DNA of 64,000 nt from Thermoplasmata archaeon (lineage in GTDB: Archaea > Thermoplasmatota > Thermoplasmata > Lutacidiplasmatales > UBA184). Position 1 is the first letter of the stretch. Each line of letters begins with the position of its first letter. The DNA lies in the NCBI GenBank assembly GCA_022750335.1, contig JAKIVX010000005.1:16119-80118 (forward strand), in the 5' to 3' direction. The position numbers and the translations under genes are program-made. The notes below the pieces were generated by a model. The model was not told the DNA's origin and did no database searches. It saw nothing but the letters and a program-made list of their open reading frames with translations. Of this stretch, positions 19,180-28,496 are shown one piece after another.

Positions 19180-20477
19180 GCGACTCCTCCGAAATCTCCG
19201 GCTTCTACCGCAAGTCGATCGTCGAACGACGCGCCGTCGCTCGGCAGTGGGCGGGCCTGACCGAGGAGGAAGCCCGAGCCTGGGAGTTCCCACCGGGCAT
19301 CGACCCTGCCGTGTTCGACCGGATGATCGAGAACGTGATCGGCGTGATGCCGTTGCCCCTCGGGGTCGCCACGAACTTCCGCATCAACGAGAAGGACTAC
19401 CTCATTCCGATGGCGATCGAGGAACCGAGCGTGGTCGCAGCGGCCTCGAATGCGGCGAAGGTCGCCCGGGTCGCGGGAGGATTCTTCGCTCAGTCCACCG
19501 ACCCCGTGATGATCGGGCAGGTCCAGATCATGGACGTCCACGACCCCTCGGCCGCCCGCCTGCGCATCCTGCACCAGCGGGAAGCGCTCCTCGCCGCGGC
19601 GAACGCGAAGGACCCGGTGCTCGTGAAATTCGGAGGCGGGGCCAAAGAGCTCGAGGTGCGCATCCTGCCCTCTCCGCGGGGGACGATGGTCATCGTCCAC
19701 TTGCTGGTCGACGCCCGCGACGCGGGTGGGATGAACGCCGTCAACACGATGTGCGAAGCCCTCGCCCCCGAACTCGCCCGCTTGGCGGGAGGCCGTTCGG
19801 TCCTTCGCATCATCTCCAATCTCGCCGTCCACCGGCTGGCCCGGGCTCGAGCGACGTTCCGGGCCGACCAGTTGGGCACCGATACGATGTCGGGGACGGC
19901 GGTCGTCGAGGGGATCCTGGATGCGTACGCCTTCGCGGTCGCGGACCCGTTCCGGTGTGCGACGCACAACAAGGGGATCATGAACGGGATCTCCTCCGTC
20001 GTGATCGCCACGGGAAACGACTACCGCGCCATCGAAAGCGGAGCCCATACCTTCGCGGCGTGGCAAGCCGCCCCCGCCGGTGCGGTCGTACGCCCGTTGA
20101 CGACCTACGAGAAGGATCGGGAGGGGAACCTGGTCGGAACGGTCGAATTCCCGGCACCGGTCGGGCTGATCGGGGGAGCCACGGCCGTTCACCCGACCGC
20201 CAAGGCCAACGTGAAGCTCCTGCGCCTCAAGACGGCCCGCGAACTGGGAGAGGTCCTGGCCGCGGTCGGTCTCGCCCAAAATTTCTCCGCCCTCCGGGCG
20301 CTCGCGACCGAAGGGATCCAACGAGGCCACATGGAACTCCACGCCCGCAACCTCGCTGCGAGCGCCGGGGCTCGCCCGGAGGAGATCGAACCGGTCGTGG
20401 CCCGATTGATCGCGGAGCACGCCATCCGATTCGACCGTGCGAAGGCGGTCCTCGAAGAGCTCCGAGCCGCCGGATGA
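19176..20477 (+). CDS. mvaA: Class II HMG-CoA reductase
   Basis: MIENVIG, PMAIEEPSVVAAAS, DAGGMN, THNKGIMNG, TGNDYRAIE, EGIQRGHMELHAR; the GTG start overlaps the grpE stop. Confidence 0.93.
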   Translation: MSDSSEISGFYRKSIVERRAVARQWAGLTEEEARAWEFPPGIDPAVFDRMIENVIGVMPLPLGVATNFRINEKDYLIPMAIEEPSVVAAASNAAKVARVAGGFFAQSTDPVMIGQVQIMDVHDPSAARLRILHQREALLAAANAKDPVLVKFGGGAKELEVRILPSPRGTMVIVHLLVDARDAGGMNAVNTMCEALAPELARLAGGRSVLRIISNLAVHRLARARATFRADQLGTDTMSGTAVVEGILDAYAFAVADPFRCATHNKGIMNGISSVVIATGNDYRAIESGAHTFAAWQAAPAGAVVRPLTTYEKDREGNLVGTVEFPAPVGLIGGATAVHPTAKANVKLLRLKTARELGEVLAAVGLAQNFSALRALATEGIQRGHMELHARNLAASAGARPEEIEPVVARLIAEHAIRFDRAKAVLEELRAAG

Positions 20478-21067
20478 AGGTCGGGGTCCTGGCACTGCAA
20501 GGGGACGTTCCGGAACATCTGCGCGCCCTGACGGACGTGGTTCCGAAGACGTCGGTCGTGGCCGTCCGTCGGCCGGCCGACCTCGCGGAGGTGGACGCGC
20601 TTTTCCTGCCCGGCGGGGAGTCGACCACGATCGCGCGCCTCCTCGCGGAGTCCGGTCTGTGGGCGCCCCTGGCGCACCGGCTCGGGGAGGGATTTCCGGT
20701 ACTGGGAACCTGCGCCGGCCTCATCCTGCTCGCCCGAGACCTCGCGCCGAGCCCGGCGGGTCGCGAGCCGCCGACGTTCGGGGTGCTGGACGTTCGGGTC
20801 CGAAGGAACGATTATGGCTCCCAGCGCGAGTCGTTCGAAGGACCGGTGCGCGTGGAGGGCGTCGGCAAGCGGCCCTTCCCGGGAGTGTTTATCCGGGCCC
20901 CGCGCATCCTGGCGGTCGGTACCGACGCCCGAGCGATCGCCTGGGCCGGCGATGAGGTGGTCGGCGTTCGCTCCGGTGCCGTCTGGGGATTGTCCTTCCA
21001 CCCCGAACTCTCGGGCGATGTCCGGGTGCACCGGGCGTTCCTGCGCGGGCTCCCGCGCAGCCGCTAG
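20474..21067 (+). CDS. pdxT: Pyridoxal 5'-phosphate synthase glutaminase subunit
   Basis: MKVGVLALQGDV, PGGESTT, GTCAGLILL, RNDYGSQRESF, FIRAP, SFHPEL. Confidence 0.95.
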   Translation: MKVGVLALQGDVPEHLRALTDVVPKTSVVAVRRPADLAEVDALFLPGGESTTIARLLAESGLWAPLAHRLGEGFPVLGTCAGLILLARDLAPSPAGREPPTFGVLDVRVRRNDYGSQRESFEGPVRVEGVGKRPFPGVFIRAPRILAVGTDARAIAWAGDEVVGVRSGAVWGLSFHPELSGDVRVHRAFLRGLPRSR

Positions 21068-21465
21068 CGCAGGACGAGGACCAGCATCAGTCCGACCACG
21101 AGAACTGCCCCGACGGCCGCGACGGCGGCCTTCACCTTCCAGGAGAGCGCCCTCCATCCGCCGAAGAAGATGGGAACGGGACCGATCAATACCAGGCCCA
21201 CGGCCTCCGTGGAGGGTGCCTCCCCATGGTGGCTCGCTCCCACCGGTTCGCGAACTTCGACCGAAGCTCCGAACGCGAGCGGCAGGGTGAGGAACGCCCC
21301 GACGAGCAGGACGACCCCGAGAAGGAACTCGGCGTCGTTCCCATAGACGACGGGGAACACGACCACGAGCGCGACCGAAGCCGACCCCCGGACCACGGCG
21401 TCGGCGATGACCGCAATTCCCGAGACGGCGAGCACGATCGGGAGGAGGCTCGCCGCTCGCATCAA
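21064..21465 (-). CDS. DUF131-like archaeal membrane protein
   Basis: GLVLIGPVPIFFG motif and TM segments. Confidence 0.7.
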   Translation of the reverse strand: MMRAASLLPIVLAVSGIAVIADAVVRGSASVALVVVFPVVYGNDAEFLLGVVLLVGAFLTLPLAFGASVEVREPVGASHHGEAPSTEAVGLVLIGPVPIFFGGWRALSWKVKAAVAAVGAVLVVGLMLVLVLR

Positions 21466-21505
21466 AGGTGCGAGGGTCGTTCCGGGTGAAGAGAATACCG
21501 ACGTC

Positions 21506-22531
21506 CTAGTGGTAGGTGTCGAACCGGTACGGTTCGAGCGGGAGCTCCCCGAGCGCCATCAGGAACTCGGGGGGCGTGAGGACGGGCTTGGAGTAGTTCC
21601 CGCTGTCATCGAGCGCGATCCGTGGACAGGCCGTGTTCACGTAGGCGTCGAGCGCCCTCCCTTCGAGGTCCCGGGGGTCCAACCGGTCGAAGATGAGGAT
21701 CTCCGCCTCCCGGCCCCTCGCCCGAGCGCGCTCCTGGAGCGCGAGGGCGGTGGGAGAACGGTTCTGCCCGCCGAAGGAAGAGACCAAGATCCCCCAGCGA
21801 CGCGCGTCCCGAGCCAGAGCGACGGTGAGCTGACGGCGCCGGATGAGAGCGCCGCGGTCGATCGGCGCCTCGAGCGTACCCTGGAGCGGGTCGAGCGACC
21901 AAACGGGCCGGTCGACCGCGAAGGCGAGCCCGATCGGGTGGAACATTCCGGTGCCGAGGAAGAGGAATCCGTCCACGACCGATTCGACCGCTTCGGCTCC
22001 CGTGTAATTGCATCCGAGCGCCTGGCCGGCGTACGCCAGGCGTCGATCGCCCCGGCCGACCCGCACGTCGAACCCCCGGCGACCCAGTTCCGCGGAGAGG
22101 GGAGGGATCAGGTCGAGGTGTTGGACGGAGGCGACGAGCCCCAAGCGGGACGGAAGACGCCCGTCCACCACCAAGTCCGCCAAGCGGCTCGGGTCCCCGC
22201 CCGTCTCCCGCATTTCGACGAAGTAGGTGGGGCGCGGTAGGGGAACATTCGGGATCGGAGCGTGCCCCAGGACGACCGCGACGTCCGCGCGGGGGGCTTC
22301 GTCGTGGGACGGAAAATCGCAGGCGCCGAAACACGCGCGCGCCCCCAGGACGACCGGTGCGCCCACCGCCGTTCGGATCCGGTCGACGAGGTCCGTCGCG
22401 TTCCGGATGAGTCCAGCGGGCACCTGGAGCACGATGCGGGCGGGCCGAGCCTGCCGAAGGGCTTCGAACAAGGCCTCCCCCACCTCGGGGAACACCCAGG
22501 TGTCGTGGGCCGGATGCGTCGCCTCGACCAT
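21506..22531 (-). CDS. dph2: Diphthamide biosynthesis enzyme Dph2
   Basis: LQVPAGL, CFGACD, GQALGCN, NTACPRIALDD: three Fe-S Cys ligands. Confidence 0.94.
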   Translation of the reverse strand: MVEATHPAHDTWVFPEVGEALFEALRQARPARIVLQVPAGLIRNATDLVDRIRTAVGAPVVLGARACFGACDFPSHDEAPRADVAVVLGHAPIPNVPLPRPTYFVEMRETGGDPSRLADLVVDGRLPSRLGLVASVQHLDLIPPLSAELGRRGFDVRVGRGDRRLAYAGQALGCNYTGAEAVESVVDGFLFLGTGMFHPIGLAFAVDRPVWSLDPLQGTLEAPIDRGALIRRRQLTVALARDARRWGILVSSFGGQNRSPTALALQERARARGREAEILIFDRLDPRDLEGRALDAYVNTACPRIALDDSGNYSKPVLTPPEFLMALGELPLEPYRFDTYH

Positions 22532-22558
22532 GGACGGGCCGCGAGCCCGGTCGAAGGG

Positions 22559-23032
22559 CTAAGCCTTGCGGGGAGCGGGTCCGACCCGTTCGAGGAGGCG
22601 CCGGACCGCCTCCTGATTGTCCGGGTAGTGCAGGCGGGCGATCGCTTCGGCCGGCGCGACCCACTCGAAAGCCTCGTGCTCCGCACTGAGGCGCGGCTCG
22701 AAGTCGGGGGCCACCTGGACCGCGTACGCGTGGAGTCGCCACACCTGGCCGTTGTCGGCCCGGAACGGAACCTCCCAGTCGAGGGAAAGCATGCGCAACG
22801 GCGATCGCAGCCCCGTTTCTTCCTCGAGTTCTCGGAGCAGGGCGTGCCCAAGGGTCGGGTCGGCCGGATCCACCTTGCCACTGATCGGGACCCAGACCGA
22901 ACCCCGTGACGGAGGTCGTCGAAAGAGAAGGATCCGTACGGGGTCGGTCGCGTAGAGGTACCCTTCCACGCACTCGCGATCGACGGGCTCGTGGGGCGAG
23001 GGAGGATCGGTCCGATCCGTTCCGGCCGTCAT
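22559..23032 (-). CDS. NUDIX hydrolase
   Basis: ISGKVD...ALLRELEEETG Nudix box; LSAEHEAFEWV. Confidence 0.88.
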   Translation of the reverse strand: MTAGTDRTDPPSPHEPVDRECVEGYLYATDPVRILLFRRPPSRGSVWVPISGKVDPADPTLGHALLRELEEETGLRSPLRMLSLDWEVPFRADNGQVWRLHAYAVQVAPDFEPRLSAEHEAFEWVAPAEAIARLHYPDNQEAVRRLLERVGPAPRKA

Positions 23033-23048
23033 GGCCCGAGAGAGGGGT

Positions 23049-23450
23049 CTACCGGCGGCGCGTCATGAGCTTCATGATCGCCTCGGCGGGAGCGCCGTCG
23101 GACTGGAGGAGCGCTTCGACCGCCTCCGAACGGGAGACCTGGGCCTGCTCCATCACGAGCTGGACATCCTCATCGGGAGGCCCGGCCGGGGCGGGCGGGA
23201 GCGAGCTCGGAGCGTGGGAAGAGGCGGATCCTCCGGAACCCCGGGGTCGGATTTCGGGCGTGCCCACCACCTGGTAGGTGCGGACGCCCTGGACGGTGAG
23301 GACGGTGACCTCCGGGGACTTGAAGACATGGTCCTGGGTCTTCGTCCGCACGATGACCTCATCGACGTCCGGGACTTCTTCGGTTTTCATCCCGAGACGC
23401 CGCATCATCATCTGCATCTGGCGCTCGTTGCGCGGTCCCCCCGGGAGCAT
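23049..23450 (-). CDS. nac: Nascent polypeptide-associated complex protein
   Basis: MMRRLGMK...EVIVR...PEV...TYQVVG NAC domain and UBA-like DVQLVMEQAQVSRSEAVEAL...AIMKL. Confidence 0.93.
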   Translation of the reverse strand: MLPGGPRNERQMQMMMRRLGMKTEEVPDVDEVIVRTKTQDHVFKSPEVTVLTVQGVRTYQVVGTPEIRPRGSGGSASSHAPSSLPPAPAGPPDEDVQLVMEQAQVSRSEAVEALLQSDGAPAEAIMKLMTRRR

Positions 23451-23462
23451 CGGTACCTCCGT

Positions 23463-24701
23463 CTACTCGTCGTCGTCGGTCGTCGCCGTCCGGATCTTGC
23501 GTTCCAGGTCGGGGTCCGCGATCTCCGCCTCGTCCATGTCGGACGAGCCGGCGCGGCGTCGACCCCGGGTCCTTCGGGTCTCTTGGCTGCGTTGCACCTG
23601 GGAGGTCAGTTCGTCCATCAGGCCCGAGATGCCCGCCATCAAGTTCCAGCCGGTGTGCGAGGCATAGAAGATCCCCTGGTCGGTGTGTAGGCGCGCTTCG
23701 ACCGTGAGGTCGGAGGTCCGGTGGGTTGAGTGGGGGCTCAAGTGGAGGCTGAGCAGGATCGGCCGAACGTGGTGCGCGATCCGTTTGAGCGAGCCCGCGA
23801 CCATGTGGTCGATGTCGGCGAGCAGGCCCGGATCGCTCGAACCTCGAAGGCCGGTGACCTCGACGTAGACATCCTCCACGCCGCCGCGGCCGTGCGGGGG
23901 GGCGGTGGATCCGACGACGAGGGTCAGAAGGTCGGTCTGGGCCACGATGCGCGTGGGGCGCCCTTTCTCGACCACGAAGACGCTCGAGATCTTCTCGCGG
24001 GACATGACCCGCGCCGCGTCGAGGGCATCCGCCCCCGCCAGGACGGTGAAGGCGGGCGCGTGCATGATCGACGTGACCTCGACATCGAGGGCGGAGCCCC
24101 GCGTGGCGACGTCGAGCTTTCCTCCGACCGTGGGCCGCCAGAGGACGCCGGCGAGGTCCTCGAGACCGACCGCACCCACTAGCCGCCCCTTCTTGTCGAC
24201 GACCGGGAGCGCATGTTCCTCGAGGAGGCGGATCTGGCCGAACAGGTGGCGCACCGTGTCGCTCTCGCGGACGAAGTAGGACGCCGAGCGGCCGATCCGC
24301 TCCACCGGGGACCGGGCGAGGCCGGCGAGGCCCGGCAGGGCACGGACGAGGTCGGTCCGGCTGATCACGCCGAGGAGTTCACCGCGGCGACCGACCACCG
24401 GGGCTCCGCGCAGCCCGGTCGCGAGCAGTTCCGCGGCGACCTCGGGGAGGGTGGAGGTCGGGGTGACCAACGGAGGGACGACGAGCAGGTGGCCGACCTT
24501 GGTCGCGACCGAGCGGCTGGAGCGTCGCGCGATGGTCTCGAACGTGATCATGCCGAGGAGGCGGCGGCCCTGGAGGACTGGGATCTCGTGGATGCCGCGA
24601 CTGCGCATCAGGCCGAGCGCGCGGGAGATCGGCGCGTCGTGCGGGAGGGTCACCGGACGCGCGGTCATCAGTTCCCCGGCGGAGGGCCATGCAACGGGCA
24701 T
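23463..24701 (-). CDS. 4xCBS + C-terminal HPF/RaiA-like domain protein (candidate ribosome hibernation factor)
   Basis: Four CBS motifs in the first ~265 aa; C-terminal VYVEVTGL...IDHMVAGSLKRI...LSLHLSP...VEARLHTDQGIFYASHTGWNLMAGISGLMDELTSQVQR fits the HPF beta-alpha-beta-beta-beta-alpha pattern. Confidence 0.8.
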   Translation of the reverse strand: MPVAWPSAGELMTARPVTLPHDAPISRALGLMRSRGIHEIPVLQGRRLLGMITFETIARRSSRSVATKVGHLLVVPPLVTPTSTLPEVAAELLATGLRGAPVVGRRGELLGVISRTDLVRALPGLAGLARSPVERIGRSASYFVRESDTVRHLFGQIRLLEEHALPVVDKKGRLVGAVGLEDLAGVLWRPTVGGKLDVATRGSALDVEVTSIMHAPAFTVLAGADALDAARVMSREKISSVFVVEKGRPTRIVAQTDLLTLVVGSTAPPHGRGGVEDVYVEVTGLRGSSDPGLLADIDHMVAGSLKRIAHHVRPILLSLHLSPHSTHRTSDLTVEARLHTDQGIFYASHTGWNLMAGISGLMDELTSQVQRSQETRRTRGRRRAGSSDMDEAEIADPDLERKIRTATTDDDE

Positions 24702-24754
24702 GCCGGACCATCCGACGGCGAGGCTTTAGAGACTGCGGGTCGGCGGCCCCGGTT

Positions 24755-25216
24755 TCAGGGAAGGGGTCGCGCCATCTGGTATCCGTTCTCCCCGTCCGAG
24801 TAGTACGCCTTCAGCAGGTCGACGACCGAGTACTGGTACCGGGCATAGAATCGGATCGCGGTCGCATTGGAGACCCGCACCTCCAACGTGGCCCGTCGGA
24901 ACCCTCGCGCGCGGCATCGGTCGAGGAACGACGACATGAGGAGGTTGCCGACCCCGAGCTCCCGGTGATGGCGGTCGACGGCGAACATCAGCACCCGGGC
25001 CTCGCGGTCGACCTGGGAGACGCCGAGCAAGAATCCCACCGGGACGTCGTACGGGTCGGCGGCGACGAGAAACCCGTCGGCCCACTCGGCGCTCAGCGTC
25101 AGGTAGAGTCCGGGGTCGTAGTGCTCGTGCAGGGCATCGGCGACGATGGAGGAAACGAACGGAACGTCGGTCGGTCGGAAACCGCGCAGGGTGACCGGCG
25201 GTCGGTCCTCGGGCAT
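24755..25216 (-). CDS. RimI/Ard1-type protein N-acetyltransferase
   Basis: FAVDRHHRELGVG, TLEVRVSNATAIRFY, AYYSDGENGYQM. ATG 25216 avoids overlap with the upstream gene. Confidence 0.88.
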   Translation of the reverse strand: MPEDRPPVTLRGFRPTDVPFVSSIVADALHEHYDPGLYLTLSAEWADGFLVAADPYDVPVGFLLGVSQVDREARVLMFAVDRHHRELGVGNLLMSSFLDRCRARGFRRATLEVRVSNATAIRFYARYQYSVVDLLKAYYSDGENGYQMARPLP

Positions 25217-25244
25217 CGGGACCGAGCGTGGGGTCGGAGCCGTG

Positions 25245-26027
25245 TCAGCGATACATCTCACCCGGCCCTTCGGGTTCGGCCGCGCGCATGGCCGACATCG
25301 AGTCCTTGGTCTGCCGGAGGGTCCGACGCACGCCCTCCTCGATCTCCCGGGCCTTCTCCCGGAGCGGCTTCGTATCGAGGACGAGGAGCGGCACGAGGGG
25401 ATTGAGGGTCTCGATCACCTTCGCGGCCGCGCGAGCGTCCGGGTAGTCCTTGTGGGCCTGGGCGACAAAGCAGAGCACCGGCAGGGTTCGGTTGATCGCG
25501 CCGAGCAGCAATCCGCCCGCGAGTCCCGTGACGACGCCGTTCGCCGCGGCGAACTGGTACTTCTCGAGGAGCGGGGCCGCGGCCCGATTGGACATCGCCA
25601 CGACCCGGGCATCCCCGCCCACCTCGGACTCGATCGGCTGACCCTCGATCGCTACGACGAACTGGACCCCCTTGCGTTCGGCCCAATCGAGGAGGACCCG
25701 TCCGAGTTCGTTCAGCATCCCGGGCGAGGGTTGGATATCGGCGATTAGGACGACCAACTGGTCACACGAGCGGTCGACCCCGCAGACGAGCTTGCTCGCA
25801 TAGAAGCGAACCGGGGCGCTCACGACGCCCTCCTCCATGACGACGGTCGGCGGGAACTCCTCGCTGATCATGTAGGCGATCGGGCTCATGTCGAGCGCGT
25901 GGACGAGGTACGACGCGGCCACGGATCCCACCAGCCCATGCGTCGGGAATCCCACCACGAGCATCGCGCCCTTGAGCGGTTCGTCGCGGGTGTCGATGAT
26001 CTGGATCTGGGCACTCTGGAGGGCCAC
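25245..26027 (-). CDS. PAC2 family proteasome assembly chaperone
   Basis: VVGFPTHGLVGSVAASYLV, PVRFY, YPDARAAAKVIE, C-terminal MYR (HbYX-like); GTG start with GGTGA SD. Confidence 0.87.
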   Translation of the reverse strand: MALQSAQIQIIDTRDEPLKGAMLVVGFPTHGLVGSVAASYLVHALDMSPIAYMISEEFPPTVVMEEGVVSAPVRFYASKLVCGVDRSCDQLVVLIADIQPSPGMLNELGRVLLDWAERKGVQFVVAIEGQPIESEVGGDARVVAMSNRAAAPLLEKYQFAAANGVVTGLAGGLLLGAINRTLPVLCFVAQAHKDYPDARAAAKVIETLNPLVPLLVLDTKPLREKAREIEEGVRRTLRQTKDSMSAMRAAEPEGPGEMYR

Positions 26028-26265
26028 TCGGTCACCTGGGTGTCGTAGGAACACCTCTCCGCCTCTTATGGGGCTTTGGTCCGGGGGCGCATCGGGCCCG
26101 GAGGGGTGGTCTCGGTTCCCGGCCCGCTTCGAGACCACTGAATTCTCCGCCGAAGAACGGGATCACCGAGGGGGGCGGCTCCGAGGGGCCGAGCTAGAGA
26201 ATCGCACTCTCGGAGGGGATAACACTTAAAGAGGGGGACCGAGCATTCAGAGCCGCTCGGAGCCC

Positions 26266-27522
26266 ATGAAGGTCCTCGTAACAGGTGTGGATGGGTACTC
26301 CGGCTGGCCCCTCGCGCTCCATCTGATCGCCCGTGGCCACGAGGTGGTCGGGATCGACAACTTCGTCACCCGAAAACGGGTGAAGGAGGTCGGAAGTTGG
26401 TCGGCGACCCCCATCCCGTCGTTCCCCCGTCGTCAGGCGGCCGTGAAGGAGATCTTCGGCAAGGACCTGGGATTCTATCGGGGCGACCTCCAGAACTACG
26501 CGTTCGTCCGCCACGTGCTCGAACACGAGCGGCCCGATGCGATCGTGCACCTGGCCGAACAACGCAGCGCCCCTTACTCGATGATCGATGTCCACCACGC
26601 GGTCGCAACGCAGGTGGAGAACCTCACCGGAACCCTCCACATCCTGTACGCCATGAAAGAGGCGTGTCCGAACGCTCACCTCGTGAAGATGGGCACGATG
26701 GGGGAGTACGGTACACCGAACACAGACATCCCCGAGGGGTCGTTCGATGTCGAGTTCAACGGACGCAAGGACCACATGCCCTTCCCGCGCCAGGGCGGGT
26801 CCTGGTACCACTGGAGCAAGGTCTTCGATTCGGGGGACGTCATGTTCGCGTCCCGGATCTTCAATCTGCGCGCGACCGACGTGATGCAGGGTGTGATCTA
26901 CGGAGTACGGACCCCCGAGATCACCGACGACCGCCTCCTCACCCGCTTCGATTTCGACGAAACCTGGGGGACGGCGCTGAACCGGTTCATCGCCCAGGCC
27001 GTGCTGGGTTCTCCGATCACTCCGTACGGACGGGGCGAGCAAAAGCGTGGGTTCCTCGCGCTGGAGGATTCGATGCAGTCCCTGCGCCTCGCGCTCGAGA
27101 ACCCCGCGGCCCCGGGCGAGTACCGCGTGTTCAACCAGTTCGATGCCTCCTACTCCATCAACGAGCTCGCGGACCGGGTGGGCCGGATCGCGGCCGAATT
27201 CGGCCTCAAGCCGGTCATCGAGCATCCCGCCGACCCCCGGGTCGAAGCGGAGCAGCACTACTACAACCCGATCCATGAACGTTTGCCCGCGCTCGGATAC
27301 AAGCGCTCTCGGGAGCTGGACGAAGTCGTCCGGGAGATCTTTACTGATCTCCTCCGCTTCCGCCGCCGCCTCGAAGCGCGGCGGCACGTGGTCGTCCCGA
27401 CGGTCCAGTGGCGTGTCGCCGACAGCGGCCCGTTGCTTCAGGCCCGCGCCGGTTCCGAACCGACGCTTAACGCCGAGCAACCTCCACCCCCGACGTCTCC
27501 GTCCATCGGTAGCCCCGCCTAA
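26266..27522 (+). CDS. agl3: UDP-sulfoquinovose synthase (Agl3/SqdB/SQD1)
   Basis: GVDGYSGW, HLAEQRSAPYSM, HLVKMGTMGEYG, SWYHWSK, TDVMQGVIYG, GTALNRF, PRVEAEQHYY. Confidence 0.92.
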   Translation: MKVLVTGVDGYSGWPLALHLIARGHEVVGIDNFVTRKRVKEVGSWSATPIPSFPRRQAAVKEIFGKDLGFYRGDLQNYAFVRHVLEHERPDAIVHLAEQRSAPYSMIDVHHAVATQVENLTGTLHILYAMKEACPNAHLVKMGTMGEYGTPNTDIPEGSFDVEFNGRKDHMPFPRQGGSWYHWSKVFDSGDVMFASRIFNLRATDVMQGVIYGVRTPEITDDRLLTRFDFDETWGTALNRFIAQAVLGSPITPYGRGEQKRGFLALEDSMQSLRLALENPAAPGEYRVFNQFDASYSINELADRVGRIAAEFGLKPVIEHPADPRVEAEQHYYNPIHERLPALGYKRSRELDEVVREIFTDLLRFRRRLEARRHVVVPTVQWRVADSGPLLQARAGSEPTLNAEQPPPPTSPSIGSPA

Positions 27523-27533
27523 GCCGGAGCGGC

Positions 27534-28427
27534 ATGCAGGCGGTCATCACCCTCGCCGGTGAGGGCACGCGCATGCTCCCCTGGAGCCGGGGGGTGCGCA
27601 AGGAGTTCCTTCCGCTCTACGACCGGGGGGAGAACGGGGCGCTCGTCCTGAAACCGGTCGCCCACTTGGTGGTGGAATCCCTCATCGAGGCGGGCGCCGA
27701 GCTCGTGACGGTCGTCGTCCAACCGCGGGACGCGGGGGCCGTGCAGTCCTACTTCACCGTCGACCACGAGTTCCTCAAGCGGCACCGCCGTCACGCCGAC
27801 CGGTTGGTCGAGACGCGACGGTTCTACGAGACGCTCGACAAGTTCCGGTTCGTGTACACCTTGCAGCCGCGCGCCGCCGGATTCGGGGACGCGGTCCTCC
27901 GGACGGAGGCGGTGATCGGCGAGAATCCGTTCCTCCTCCATGCCGGAGACGGCATCGTCGTGGAACCCCAGCGCGGCGCGGCGTTGCGCGCGATGGCGGA
28001 GCTGCGGGAACGGGAGAACCTCGACGCGGTCGTGCTGGCCCGGGTCGTGGCCGACCCGCGTCGATACGGGGTCCTCGAGGGTCGGGTCGGCCCGAAAGTG
28101 GGCCCGTATCCGCGGATCGATGTCACCCGAATAATCGAGAAGCCCGAGCATCCCAAGACCCACTGGGCCGCCGCGGCGGTCTATGTGTTTGGACCCCGTC
28201 TCTTCCCCGCCCTGGAGGCCGTTCGAAAGGAACACCGCTCCCCCGAGCTCGAGCTGACGGACGGGATCCAGCGGATGATCGAGCAGGGCGGACGGGTCGC
28301 GTCGCTCCTCCTCGGACCCCGCACCGGGACGTGGAGGTCGGTCGGCTCGCCCGAAGGGTACGGCCGTGCGCTCGAGGCCACCCGAAGGGTCGCCGTCCGG
28401 CCTCGGCCGGCGCGGGCGAACGATTAA
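27534..28427 (+). CDS. Sugar-1-phosphate nucleotidyltransferase (GalU-like)
   Basis: AVITLAGEGTRMLP...KEFLP, Q...GFGDAV, YGVL, IEKP, ELELTDGI. Confidence 0.85.
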   Translation: MQAVITLAGEGTRMLPWSRGVRKEFLPLYDRGENGALVLKPVAHLVVESLIEAGAELVTVVVQPRDAGAVQSYFTVDHEFLKRHRRHADRLVETRRFYETLDKFRFVYTLQPRAAGFGDAVLRTEAVIGENPFLLHAGDGIVVEPQRGAALRAMAELRERENLDAVVLARVVADPRRYGVLEGRVGPKVGPYPRIDVTRIIEKPEHPKTHWAAAAVYVFGPRLFPALEAVRKEHRSPELELTDGIQRMIEQGGRVASLLLGPRTGTWRSVGSPEGYGRALEATRRVAVRPRPARAND

Positions 28428-28496
28428 GACCGTTCCGGAGATAACCGCGATTCGTGCCCCAGTGGTTCTGCCGCTAGGGATGAGGTCACACTTCCG

